The position numbers and the translations under genes are program-made. A DNA stretch of 64,000 nt from assembly GCA_963733055.1 (NCBI GenBank), contig CAVTBR010000002.1, positions 416,001-480,000 on the forward strand, in the 5' to 3' direction. The notes under the pieces were generated by a model. The model saw nothing but the letters and a program-made list of their open reading frames with translations, did not search any database and was not told where the DNA came from. The DNA is from Candidatus Bathyarchaeota archaeon (GTDB lineage Archaea > Thermoproteota > Bathyarchaeia > 40CM-2-53-6). The first letter of the stretch is position 1. Every line of letters begins with the position of its first letter. Positions 47,583 through 57,227 of this stretch are shown in pieces.

Positions 47583-48847
47583 GAAACATGCTGCTTACTG
47601 ATATGTTCAAGCTGGCAGCCAAAGCGCTGCTCGACCGGAAGATACGAAGCGTCCTAACCATTCTTGGAATAACCGTAGGGTCCGCCATAATTTTGGCATT
47701 AATTGCGAGCTCAAGCGGGCTTAGCGCGGGAATTACTGCTAACATTCAGAAGACTGGGGCAAACATACTGACTATAAGAAATGCGGGAGGTTTCTTTGAA
47801 GCTGGCTCCTCAAACACCTACCAGCTCAGTCAAACAGATATTACCTACTTGAAGAGCGTACCCGGTGTGGTTGCGGCCTATCCTTACTTCAATTATGGAG
47901 CCTCTATCCAGAACGGAGGTGCAACGCTTCAAGCTTCGGTGGTCGGAATTGATCTTTCAGCCCTCCCACTCTTGTACAATGGGTTGACCGTGGCTGAGGG
48001 CAGCATTCCTCTTTCAGGAGATACTACTTCCGCCGCGATCGGTTGGTCCATTGCAAATCCCACATCAGGAACGCCGATAGGCCTTCATCAGTTGGTTTCA
48101 ATGTCTCTTACCGGGATTAAGGGAGCCAAATCAGCGATCGCCTACTCGGTTCTTGCCAGCGCAATCCTCACCCAATACGGCACAGCTCTCTTCTCCAACA
48201 TTGACGATACAGTCTACATTTCATTTCAAGCGGCTACAATTCTTTCGAGGACTCCATACTTCAACGGAATCTACGTGGTCGTTGACAACACTGGAGATGT
48301 CGCGAACGTTCAGAATACAATTCAAACGTATTATGGAAACAATGTTCGGGTAATAAGCCCCGGACAGATTCTATCCAGCATTCAAGGAATCACAGGGCAA
48401 CTTACGCTATTCTTAGGCAGCATCGGAGCGGTGTCGTTGTTCGTGGCAACCGTTGGCATAGTCAACACAATGTACGTCTCCGTCATGGAACGCACCAGAG
48501 AAATCGGCATCCTGAAAGCATTAGGGTATCGACCAAAGCAAATCATGGGCATGTTCTTGTCAGAGGCCGCGCTAACGGGAGTAGTAGGGGGCATCTGCGG
48601 CCTAATTCTCGGATACGCACTCTCGTTCCTAATGGGCGGGTTTCTTGGAGGATTAGGAGGCGGCGGACCAAGATTTATCGGAGGCGGAGGTGGGGGAGGA
48701 TCAGCACCAAGTATTCAACCAGTCTTCTCAACAGACCTCATAATCTTCGCGCTCACATTCCCGGTTCTCCTAGCGACCATTGCAGGGCTCTACCCGGCGT
48801 GGAGAGCTTCGAGAATGAACCCGGTTGTCGCACTAAAGTACGAATAG
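47579..48847 (+). CDS. ABC transporter permease (MacB/FtsX type)
   Basis: RSVLTILGI, NTMYVSVMERTREIGILKALG, YPAWRASRMNPVVAL. Confidence 0.95.
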   Translation: MRNMLLTDMFKLAAKALLDRKIRSVLTILGITVGSAIILALIASSSGLSAGITANIQKTGANILTIRNAGGFFEAGSSNTYQLSQTDITYLKSVPGVVAAYPYFNYGASIQNGGATLQASVVGIDLSALPLLYNGLTVAEGSIPLSGDTTSAAIGWSIANPTSGTPIGLHQLVSMSLTGIKGAKSAIAYSVLASAILTQYGTALFSNIDDTVYISFQAATILSRTPYFNGIYVVVDNTGDVANVQNTIQTYYGNNVRVISPGQILSSIQGITGQLTLFLGSIGAVSLFVATVGIVNTMYVSVMERTREIGILKALGYRPKQIMGMFLSEAALTGVVGGICGLILGYALSFLMGGFLGGLGGGGPRFIGGGGGGGSAPSIQPVFSTDLIIFALTFPVLLATIAGLYPAWRASRMNPVVALKYE

Positions 48848-48918
48848 ACTGACCGGTTCCCTCGATTCAATCACATCCGCGACCGGACACAGTCATCCGG
48901 AGCCAGCTCAGCGAGTAC

Positions 48919-49824
48919 CTACGGGAAGCTTGATCCGAAGAAGGTACTGAATAGGTTTCGGAGAAAGGTCAGAATTAGCCCAATTACGCTGACGCCCTGA
49001 CCTCGGCCCCCTCCAGTTTGGGACGGCTTTATCACCTGAACCTGTCCAGCGGCCCCACCCACAATTGGGATTCCTGGGCGGTTATTGTCGGTAACGGACA
49101 CCTTGACGGTGACCGTGTAGTTTCCCGGCGCGAGATTCGGATTGAAGACGATCAAAATGCTGAAAGGCCTTGGAATGTTTGGATCAATCTCTCCTAGGAA
49201 TACGCTGTTCTGCGGGCCTGAAACGATAGAGTCTGATTCAACGGTGACGTTGGCGTTGTAGGATGCTAGGTTTCCGCTGTTCAGCACATTGCCCGAGATC
49301 GTCGTATTGCCTCCCGGATTAACGGTAGATGGAGTAAACTGAATTCCGTAAACCACCAAACTGATGTACCCTGTAACCGACACCCCCAACGAGTGGCTCT
49401 CCTGAGTGTAGGAAACATCTCCCAGCTGCTTGTATGTTCCCGTAATCGTGCCTTGGTAGGAGCTGCCGGCGGCGGAGGATGGAGCGTAGACGGGGAAGGT
49501 TACGGTTACGCTTTGTCCATATTGGATTGAATCATAATGCCAATGGTTGTCGCCTTGTATGACTAGAGGTGCGGGCAGGGAGACAGCAATGTCGACATCA
49601 TAGATGGCTATGTAGCCGCTGTAGCTGTTTGCAACTGTTACAGTCATTGTGTTGTTCAAACCCGCCACCAAAGCCTGTCCGGTCACGGAGACGGTTAGGT
49701 GGGCAGCGGTTTGGGCGTGGGCCGCGTCAGGGATTTGCGTGAGCAAAGGCAGTAGCAAAACTATGATTGACAGGACTCGGCATCGCGTGGACCTCTTCAA
49801 GTCCTTACGGCTCCTGAAGTGCAT
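48919..49824 (-). CDS. COG1361-like surface protein
   Basis: signal peptide (AHAQ), two Ig-like beta domains (NSGNLASYNANV, FLGEIDP, PGNYTV), C-terminal hydrophobic segment. Confidence 0.65.
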   Translation of the reverse strand: MHFRSRKDLKRSTRCRVLSIIVLLLPLLTQIPDAAHAQTAAHLTVSVTGQALVAGLNNTMTVTVANSYSGYIAIYDVDIAVSLPAPLVIQGDNHWHYDSIQYGQSVTVTFPVYAPSSAAGSSYQGTITGTYKQLGDVSYTQESHSLGVSVTGYISLVVYGIQFTPSTVNPGGNTTISGNVLNSGNLASYNANVTVESDSIVSGPQNSVFLGEIDPNIPRPFSILIVFNPNLAPGNYTVTVKVSVTDNNRPGIPIVGGAAGQVQVIKPSQTGGGRGQGVSVIGLILTFLRNLFSTFFGSSFP

Positions 49825-50776
49825 TTATTCTCTTATCGAGGGTCGGGTGCTTATCGAACAACCTGAGTAACGGGTTCGTGGCAACTGAGTCGAACAAGCA
49901 AGCGGTACCAATCGAAACGGCCGGCGCGGCGAAATAATTCTGGGATTCTCGAAGCTTCGAGAGAGCAGAGATTAGTGCGCCCCGCTCAGCAAGGTCGGCC
50001 GCCGTTCTATCCGCAAGGAACTCTCGGGCCCTGTAGACAGCAGGTTCGACTAGATGGCCGATCGGGTGTGCAAATAGTGCAACTCTGGCCGCGGTTGCGA
50101 ATGATCTTACTGCAAAATCATTATTCTTCACATGTGCCAACTCGTGCGCGAGGCAAGCATTCAGCTCGTCGGAGTTCAGTGATTCCAGCAGCCCCACCGA
50201 CACGGCCAACACGTATTCGCGCTTCGAGCGCGTGATGAAAGCAGCTGGGTCGCCTGAATCAATCAAGGTTACGTTTGGCGGAGCAATTCCCATGTTTTTG
50301 GAAAGCCTTTCCACGGAACTCGTTACTTCGGGCGGCGCGGTTTGAAAGGTCATTTCTGGAAATAGCCTTACGAGCGAAAGATGGGATTTTCTGAGTTCCA
50401 GAGACAAGGCGACACATACGGCCGCGACTGTGCCCACCGCAGCTAAGCCAACGTTCAGTGTGAAAAAGAAGGATACGAAATGCCGAACCTCCTCACCCTC
50501 GACGAATGAGGCATCGATCAGTTCGAGGTGTAACCAATTCGCGATTGACTGTAAGCTCTCGAAGAACATGATTCCTAGGACTGCGAGAAGAGCAGTAGAC
50601 TTGAAACGATACGAACGTCTTACGATGAATGCCAGGCCGAAAGCCGCGAATGTGAGACCTGGGAGAATTAACGCCGGTAACCATACGGATTGGTGAACGT
50701 TCAGGGGTGACGGGAATGGTGGAGGTCCTATCAGAAGCCACGCGAAAAACATGAGGACCCCGGGCGCATGTATCAT
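49805..50776 (-). CDS. M48/M56-family membrane zinc metalloprotease (HtpX/BlaR1-protease-like)
   Basis: TM helices, VSVGLL..ELNACLAHELAHVK, REFLAD, HPTLDKRI. Confidence 0.9.
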   Translation of the reverse strand: MIHAPGVLMFFAWLLIGPPPFPSPLNVHQSVWLPALILPGLTFAAFGLAFIVRRSYRFKSTALLAVLGIMFFESLQSIANWLHLELIDASFVEGEEVRHFVSFFFTLNVGLAAVGTVAAVCVALSLELRKSHLSLVRLFPEMTFQTAPPEVTSSVERLSKNMGIAPPNVTLIDSGDPAAFITRSKREYVLAVSVGLLESLNSDELNACLAHELAHVKNNDFAVRSFATAARVALFAHPIGHLVEPAVYRAREFLADRTAADLAERGALISALSKLRESQNYFAAPAVSIGTACLFDSVATNPLLRLFDKHPTLDKRINALQEP

Positions 50777-51201
50777 TTTGCTCCCTCACTTTTCAGCCTG
50801 TTCAGATACTTCGATATAATCTTGCGATCCTCAGGTTTGTCCGCCATCTTCTCAGCAAGGTATGCTACCGTCACATCGTTGAAACCTCGAAGCAAGGCGC
50901 CCATCACGTTATTCACAACAACGTGCTTGAAACCATCCTTAGTCAGGCGAGAGGCGTACAGATAATGGGGGCCTCCCTCTTTCACCAGTTTGCGCGTCAC
51001 AACGCCCTTCCGGTACAATCTATCCAAAATTGTAGCAACGGTTGTGACCGCAATCGAGCGGCTGCGCGAGAGCTTCTCATGAAACTCTCTGACTGAGAGA
51101 GGCGTCGGGGACTTCCATAGTTCCTGGAGCATGGCTGCTTCAAGGTCACCCAGGGCAAAGCGTATGTCTTTGTTGTTTGGGTGAAGAACTTGCAGTTTCA
51201 A
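50773..51201 (-). CDS. BlaI/MecI/CopY family transcriptional repressor
   Basis: LGDLEAAMLQELW, SVRE, TTVATILDRLYRKGVV; no C-terminal CxC motif. Confidence 0.92.
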   Translation of the reverse strand: MKLQVLHPNNKDIRFALGDLEAAMLQELWKSPTPLSVREFHEKLSRSRSIAVTTVATILDRLYRKGVVTRKLVKEGGPHYLYASRLTKDGFKHVVVNNVMGALLRGFNDVTVAYLAEKMADKPEDRKIISKYLNRLKSEGAK

Positions 51202-51216
51202 GGGTGACCAGTTCTC

Positions 51217-51246
51217 GACTACCGCCTGTAGTTAGCCTTATATAAA
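51217..51246. promoter_or_regulatory. putative BlaI-family operator 3 and bidirectional TATA box
   Basis: GACTAC-CGCCT-GTAGTT at 51217-51233 next to TTATATAA at 51238-51245. Confidence 0.7.
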
Positions 51247-51281
51247 TTCGTTTCAATCTCGCGTAGCATGGTTAGATTGCG

Positions 51282-51728
51282 ATGCCAACAACCCCAATCA
51301 TAATCCCCATCATAGTCGCCGGAATTGTGTTAGGTTCGCTGCTAGTATCTCAAACTCGAAAAATCACCAAAAAGAAACTTCTAATCGCTTCTCTGGTGTC
51401 GGGCCTGCTCAACACCGGATACGCCTTCGTCCTCTACCTACTCGCTCCTCCCCCAACCTTCAACCGTGGGACCTTCACAGGTGGGACGTTTACTGGCGGA
51501 GGAACATTTACTGGTAGCTTTACTGGTGGCGGAGGATTCAGAGCCGCCGCAGGAGCGAGTTCAGAGACCTCCTTCCTGCTCTCATCGTTCGTAACCGGCT
51601 TTCTCATAGTGCTTGCAATCGTCGTGGTAGCGCTCGCCTATGTTCGTTTCAAGGGCGGCAAGTCTGAGGAAGAGACTGAAGCAGATCTAACAGATAAAAC
51701 TGAAGAAAGTAAGCTAGACGAAAACTAA
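51282..51728 (+). CDS. three-TM membrane protein with GTFT repeat loop
   Basis: RGTFTGGTFTGGGTFTGSFTGGGGF between TM2 and TM3; acidic tail. Confidence 0.65.
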   Translation: MPTTPIIIPIIVAGIVLGSLLVSQTRKITKKKLLIASLVSGLLNTGYAFVLYLLAPPPTFNRGTFTGGTFTGGGTFTGSFTGGGGFRAAAGASSETSFLLSSFVTGFLIVLAIVVVALAYVRFKGGKSEEETEADLTDKTEESKLDEN

Positions 51729-51748
51729 GTTCCACCCTGGCTTTTCTA

Positions 51749-54700
51749 ATGTCCGGCCACACTGCTGGGCGACCAAGCAACAAACAACTCGTCGCAGCAA
51801 TCCTCCTACTGACACTGATTCTAGTAGAGGTCGCCGCCAACCCCGCATACTCAAGCGGCATCAACACCTCTTCAGTTGGTGTATCGCCTGGCAAGTTCGA
51901 CCTGCCGCTTGGGAGCGACTTCCCAACGTTCGGCTCGGTAAAACTAAGCTACCCTGACAGCGCCATATTAAACAACAGCACGGGAGATCTTCTCTTCAAC
52001 GTCACCCTGAACCCACTCATGCTCAACCCCACCTCCGCTCAGGTATGGTCCTCTGTCTTTCCACATCCTGAAGTTCAAGTGTGGGGATCGGGTTTTTCTC
52101 CCAAAGATACAAGTTGCACTCTGTCGGGCATAACATTCGCCTCCGACTTGTGTACGATTTCGGGAGGTAATCTGACTGCAGGCATGACATGGTTTGATGT
52201 CGGAAACGTCCCGGCTGGCACGTACATAATTACTGCAAAGGGCTACCCGGGAGGCGATTTCTCCTCAGCCTCCTTCACCGTCCTCCCTCCATCACTTATT
52301 CTCAACCCTTCTTCCGGCCCAAATGGTGCAATTGTAAGTGTCTCTGGGGTGGGATTTTACTCGCCACCCGCCGACACCATGTGCTCCTTAACTGGTAAGC
52401 CCGTGTCCGCGTCTAGTTGCAGCATAACGAGCGGCGTCCTAACAGGTGCATTTGCCGTTGCCTGCGTGCTGCCTACCTGTGGACCTGGAACCTATACTAT
52501 TGCTGTGACAACGAACGGAGGCGATACAGGGGAGGCGTCGACTTCATTCATGGTGACAACCACATCTTCTCCTTCTCAGCAGATGATTTTGAGTTCCTCG
52601 TTCGGCATGCCTGGAACAATTGTTTCAGTGGTTTCAGGGATAGGATTTTCCTTAACTGATACGGTCTGCTCAATCTCATTCTCGGGCAAGCCCCCAATCA
52701 CGGTAACTCTTACTCCACCTTGCACTATGGCTGGAGGAGTGATTGGCCCACCTCTACCAACATTTATTGTCCCTGCCATTCGGCCAGGCAGATACATCAT
52801 TAATGCAACCGGAATTCCGGGGCTCGACAATGCAACGTACAACTTTCTGGTCTTGCCGGCCTCCCCTTCACCACCAATCTCGGCACCGGTTAGAATCGAC
52901 ATCTACATCCCTCCTGACTTCTCCGGGTTGGTAATAAGCAAAACGTGGACAAGCTTCACGAACAATTACGACCCAAACAGCATCCAAGTGTCGAGACAAT
53001 CATCATCTGATCAGATCGGGCCTAGTTGGTGGAGAGTGAGCATTTACAATATCACCGTAACGCGAAGTCCCAGCTCCTACACGCCTCCCCTAGTTGGCCA
53101 TCGAATATTCATCATTAACCTGAAACAATACATCAGACTCTTTCAGGTGACATCCCCAACAACAGCAGGACGATATTTCTTCAAAGCTTTCATAAACGGC
53201 GTCTCAATCGGAGCGGCAAACTTCCCAACTCTCGTAGTCAAAGCCAGTCGCGACCCTGCATACATTTCCGGCGTCCTTCGAGACTTGGGCGATCGAAACG
53301 CTTCGAGAGCGGGACAACCAATAACTTATCCTCTTCTACCGAACGGGACCGGCGCTCGCGTATTAGCTACGGGTTACGATTACCTCGGCCGATCAGTTTC
53401 AGCCCAGGCGTTTCTCAATTCGACCGCCGGCGGAAACTATACACTGTTTGGGGTCGCGCCCGGCACTTACAACATAACCGCCTACGCTGCGGGATACATC
53501 CCAACACTTCGACCGTGGACCGTAAGCGTTGCTGCCGCCCAATCGCTAGAAGGGGTTGACGTGTATCTTTCAGACAGCGTACTAATCAGCGGAACAATAT
53601 TGTCCAAAGGCCCCGATGGAAACTTAATCCCCTGGGGAGGGCTTGCAGGGATAAACGGTACTTCGATACCCCGAGCAATTACCGTTGACCTTCTAGATTT
53701 GGCAGGGAACCTGGTAGCATCAACATCAGCCCCTTATGCTACAACAAGTTTTACGGACCCCACGGCAACGTCGTTTGATTTCGGCCCCGGCTTAGTCCAT
53801 CCTCCGATTCAAGATCAAGTTGGTTTTGATGGACGCATTCCCCAAGACTTCGCTAATTACACTTCAGGCCTAGTGTCAGGCGACTATCTCCTCCGTGCTT
53901 ACGTAACAGGTTACATCCAACTCGAAGAAGTTCGGGTTCATGTGGGCAATTTTACGACGGATACAGAGACTGTGTTACCTCTCATCCGAACGGGAAGCAT
54001 TCGAGTCACTATCCACTTCAAGTACTCAAACAATACACTAGTCGCGGAACCGCTGACGGGCTTCGACAACAGCGGTCAGCCTCTTCAAATTGGAGGTACG
54101 CTGACTGTTTCAGCATACGACCAACAGGGCATACTCAGAGCACAAAACGTAACGTTCGTACCGCCAGGAAGTACGAATGAAACAGTTGACTTGCTAGGAT
54201 TCAGCAACACTCGAGGTTTCGGCACTTTTTCACTACTGTCACAGAATTACGGCCTCCCGCCCGGCACATATTACATCGTTGCGCGTCTTACCTCCTCTCC
54301 AAGTTTCGCTGGGTTCGCTAACATCGGAATCCGAACTCTCTACTACCAAACAGACATCCATCAAGCCACTATCGGCCTTACCACTGAGGAAACCCTGATC
54401 AGCTTCTCAATATATCGCGCAGGAGGCGTCCTGTTGACTCTCCGTTCGATCAATTATCAAGTTCCCCCTCTCAACACAACTTGGACTTACCCTGGATCGA
54501 CAATCAAGCTCTTGATCATAGACCCAAACGGAGTCATCTATCAGACAAATTCGACGCAGGTGCGGAGAGCAACGAATGTAACATTCACTTTTGATGGGCT
54601 TCTTACTGACACTTATACGATAATAATCCAAACCCACGGCTATACTCAGCAGCAGATAATCCACGTGTACGTCAGACTTGGCGCTATCTCTGACGTGGCA

Positions 54701-55537
54701 ATTTACATGATTGCGAACCCAGTAATCGATCTAACGATATTCTACACGCATGAAGCCATCCTCAGCTCGATCAACTCCACATTGCCTTTCGCCCAACCGA
54801 TCAACAACTTGACCGCCACGCCGACGCGTATCGAGGTTTTCGATGATCAAGGGAGATTCGTTGCGGCGAATGCAACTTACATTAAGAACGGAAACATGAC
54901 CGCCCACTTCATCTTATCTGGATTCGACCTTTACTATGGAGATCCACGGCTTATCTGGTCGGGTTTCTATGATACGACAGATGCAGCGAGCCAAATTCCG
55001 GGTGGTTTAATTCTATACCCGTGGAATATGTCGCCTCACACGTACACGATTAGAATTTGGGTTGATGGTTACTACCAGTTAGAGCCTTTACGCGTAATTG
55101 TTACCGCGCCGCAGGATGTTTCCGTAGTTACATACATGGATCGGGCGTCCCGGATTTTCGGGACCGTAATGGGACCAGACTACTTCGACGTTGCCCGTCA
55201 CTTGTCTTGGGCGACAATTACGCTTCAGCCAAACAACAGCACCCTCACAAACATCATTGATGTTCGGCCTGGAAACTACACAACGTCTAGCCTCGACGGA
55301 TCTTTCCAAGTATGGGTTCCTCAGGGAACATACGGAATGGGAGTGGCCTTGGAGGGATACGCCACATATTCAGCTATGATTTCCGTCCCGCAGGGCTCGG
55401 ACATGTACATGCAAATCTGGTTAGACAACTACCAACCCTCAAGCCAACTCATCTCGACCGCTACCTCAAACTCTACGAGTACCTTGAATGCCAAGGCGCA
55501 CCTACGGCAAATCCCAAAAACTCTGAATAGGCTGTAG
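51749..55537 (+). CDS. large secreted multi-beta-sandwich surface protein (carboxypeptidase-regulatory-like domains)
   Basis: signal peptide; many PGTYxI motifs; three Cys-paired Ig-like repeats; many NxS/T sequons. Confidence 0.7.
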   Translation: MSGHTAGRPSNKQLVAAILLLTLILVEVAANPAYSSGINTSSVGVSPGKFDLPLGSDFPTFGSVKLSYPDSAILNNSTGDLLFNVTLNPLMLNPTSAQVWSSVFPHPEVQVWGSGFSPKDTSCTLSGITFASDLCTISGGNLTAGMTWFDVGNVPAGTYIITAKGYPGGDFSSASFTVLPPSLILNPSSGPNGAIVSVSGVGFYSPPADTMCSLTGKPVSASSCSITSGVLTGAFAVACVLPTCGPGTYTIAVTTNGGDTGEASTSFMVTTTSSPSQQMILSSSFGMPGTIVSVVSGIGFSLTDTVCSISFSGKPPITVTLTPPCTMAGGVIGPPLPTFIVPAIRPGRYIINATGIPGLDNATYNFLVLPASPSPPISAPVRIDIYIPPDFSGLVISKTWTSFTNNYDPNSIQVSRQSSSDQIGPSWWRVSIYNITVTRSPSSYTPPLVGHRIFIINLKQYIRLFQVTSPTTAGRYFFKAFINGVSIGAANFPTLVVKASRDPAYISGVLRDLGDRNASRAGQPITYPLLPNGTGARVLATGYDYLGRSVSAQAFLNSTAGGNYTLFGVAPGTYNITAYAAGYIPTLRPWTVSVAAAQSLEGVDVYLSDSVLISGTILSKGPDGNLIPWGGLAGINGTSIPRAITVDLLDLAGNLVASTSAPYATTSFTDPTATSFDFGPGLVHPPIQDQVGFDGRIPQDFANYTSGLVSGDYLLRAYVTGYIQLEEVRVHVGNFTTDTETVLPLIRTGSIRVTIHFKYSNNTLVAEPLTGFDNSGQPLQIGGTLTVSAYDQQGILRAQNVTFVPPGSTNETVDLLGFSNTRGFGTFSLLSQNYGLPPGTYYIVARLTSSPSFAGFANIGIRTLYYQTDIHQATIGLTTEETLISFSIYRAGGVLLTLRSINYQVPPLNTTWTYPGSTIKLLIIDPNGVIYQTNSTQVRRATNVTFTFDGLLTDTYTIIIQTHGYTQQQIIHVYVRLGAISDVAIYMIANPVIDLTIFYTHEAILSSINSTLPFAQPINNLTATPTRIEVFDDQGRFVAANATYIKNGNMTAHFILSGFDLYYGDPRLIWSGFYDTTDAASQIPGGLILYPWNMSPHTYTIRIWVDGYYQLEPLRVIVTAPQDVSVVTYMDRASRIFGTVMGPDYFDVARHLSWATITLQPNNSTLTNIIDVRPGNYTTSSLDGSFQVWVPQGTYGMGVALEGYATYSAMISVPQGSDMYMQIWLDNYQPSSQLISTATSNSTSTLNAKAHLRQIPKTLNRL

Positions 55538-55571
55538 ACCTTATCAATCCAATTTCTTGACAGGAATCTGA

Positions 55572-57224
55572 ATGCCGCGTCAACTTCGCCTGTTTATTTC
55601 GGTCTTTGTCTCGGGCGCTGTAGTGATGGCGCTCGAACTCTTGGGAAGCAGGTTGCTGGCTCCGGTGTTTGGAAGCTCGATTTTCGTTTGGGGCAGTTTG
55701 ATTGGTGTGGTCCTGTCAGCGCTCAGCGCGGGTTACTATCTAGGTGGGAAGCTTGCCGACATAAAACCGAACTTCAACGTGCTTTCGATCGTGATCTTCA
55801 TTGCGGGTTTAGTGGTTCTATCACTTCCGGCCATCGCGCCTCCTCTCTTCGACCTTGCGATCAGGTTGAATCTTGGTGACCGTTATGCGCCTCTACTCGC
55901 CACAACCTTACTGCTGGGGCCGCCAGGCGTACTTCTGGGTATGGTGTCGCCGTATGCTATTCGGCTGGTAGCCGAGAGTTTTGAGACGTTAGGCAAAGCG
56001 TCAGGCAACCTTTACGCACTTTCAACTGTGGGGAGCATAGCAGGGGTGTTTCTGACTGTTTTCATTCTAATTCCTCTTTTTGGAGTTAACAAGATCATCT
56101 TTGTGTTGGGAGTTGTGTTGCTGGTCGTTGCTTTTCTAGGGTTGAGTTATCGGTTCAAGTTCTTAGTCATCCTCATCCTAATCGTCCTCCCGTTCGCTGC
56201 ACCCTACATGGTTAACCGTCAGCTGACAATTGCCACCTACACGCTGGCTTTAGGTGATACAATCTACGAAACCGACACGCCCTACCATCATCTCATTGTA
56301 GCAGACGCGTATGACCCAGCAACCCAATCCACGACACGCTATCTCATAATGGATGACAACCTTCACAGCGCTATGGATCTTCAAGACCCTAACCGAACCG
56401 TCTTCCCCTACACCGACTACTTCCACATCGGACTCCTGCTTAACCCGAACATAACTCGCGTCCTCTTCATCGGAGGAGGCGGCTTTACCGGCCCCAAAGC
56501 CTTCCTGAGAGACTATCCAAACGTCACAGTCGACGTCGCGGAGATGGACCCGCAGGTTGTGCAAGTCGCCGAACAATACTTCGCCGTGAACGCTAGCAAT
56601 CCGAAACTTCATGTCTACATCGACGACGGTCGAGTTTTTCTTCAAAACAGTCAGCAGAGATACGACCTCATCGTGCTAGACGCCTACTCCAGAAGCTACG
56701 TCCCATTCCAATTAATGACGCTAGAATTTTTCAAACTAATCGACTCCCACCTATCCACCAAAGGCATAGTGATCTCAAACCTAATCTCAGGAACAACATC
56801 CAGCAACGACCAATTACTCACCGCCGAAACCACAACGATGAGTCAAATCTTTCCAAACGTTTACACGTTCGCAGTAGACGGAGCATCAAATACGAACGCA
56901 CAAAACGTGATAATCATCGCCACGCTGGCAACCAATCACTTGGGAGCCACGAATTTTGAAGAACTCGCCTCGACAAGCACAATTGTGAAGGTTCCGGGGA
57001 TGAACGATTACCTAACCAACTACTTCACACCCGTCGGAAACAACCCACCAATCCTCACGGACAACTACGCACCAGTGGATACAATGCTCAGCCCAATCAG
57101 CGGACTACCAATCACCAACGATCAACCTCCGCTCCTAAGCGAACAGGAGGCGTTGCAAATCTTAGGGGGGGTCGTAATAGTCGCCGCGGTGGCGGTCATT
57201 TTGATGAAAAAGAAGTATCTCTGA
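55572..57224 (+). CDS. fused membrane domain plus spermidine-synthase-like methyltransferase
   Basis: FVSGAVVMALELLGSRLLAP, GNLYALSTVGSI, IGGGG, EMDP, DGR, DLIVLDAY, LTDNYAP. Confidence 0.9.
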   Translation: MPRQLRLFISVFVSGAVVMALELLGSRLLAPVFGSSIFVWGSLIGVVLSALSAGYYLGGKLADIKPNFNVLSIVIFIAGLVVLSLPAIAPPLFDLAIRLNLGDRYAPLLATTLLLGPPGVLLGMVSPYAIRLVAESFETLGKASGNLYALSTVGSIAGVFLTVFILIPLFGVNKIIFVLGVVLLVVAFLGLSYRFKFLVILILIVLPFAAPYMVNRQLTIATYTLALGDTIYETDTPYHHLIVADAYDPATQSTTRYLIMDDNLHSAMDLQDPNRTVFPYTDYFHIGLLLNPNITRVLFIGGGGFTGPKAFLRDYPNVTVDVAEMDPQVVQVAEQYFAVNASNPKLHVYIDDGRVFLQNSQQRYDLIVLDAYSRSYVPFQLMTLEFFKLIDSHLSTKGIVISNLISGTTSSNDQLLTAETTTMSQIFPNVYTFAVDGASNTNAQNVIIIATLATNHLGATNFEELASTSTIVKVPGMNDYLTNYFTPVGNNPPILTDNYAPVDTMLSPISGLPITNDQPPLLSEQEALQILGGVVIVAAVAVILMKKKYL

Positions 57225-57227
57225 GGG

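Noticed and set aside
23497-51201. Antibiotic-resistance island (AAC(3), Vgb-like, BlaI, MacB-like genes)
   Set aside because: Genes are dispersed, lack mobile-element context, and belong to broad families with non-resistance members.
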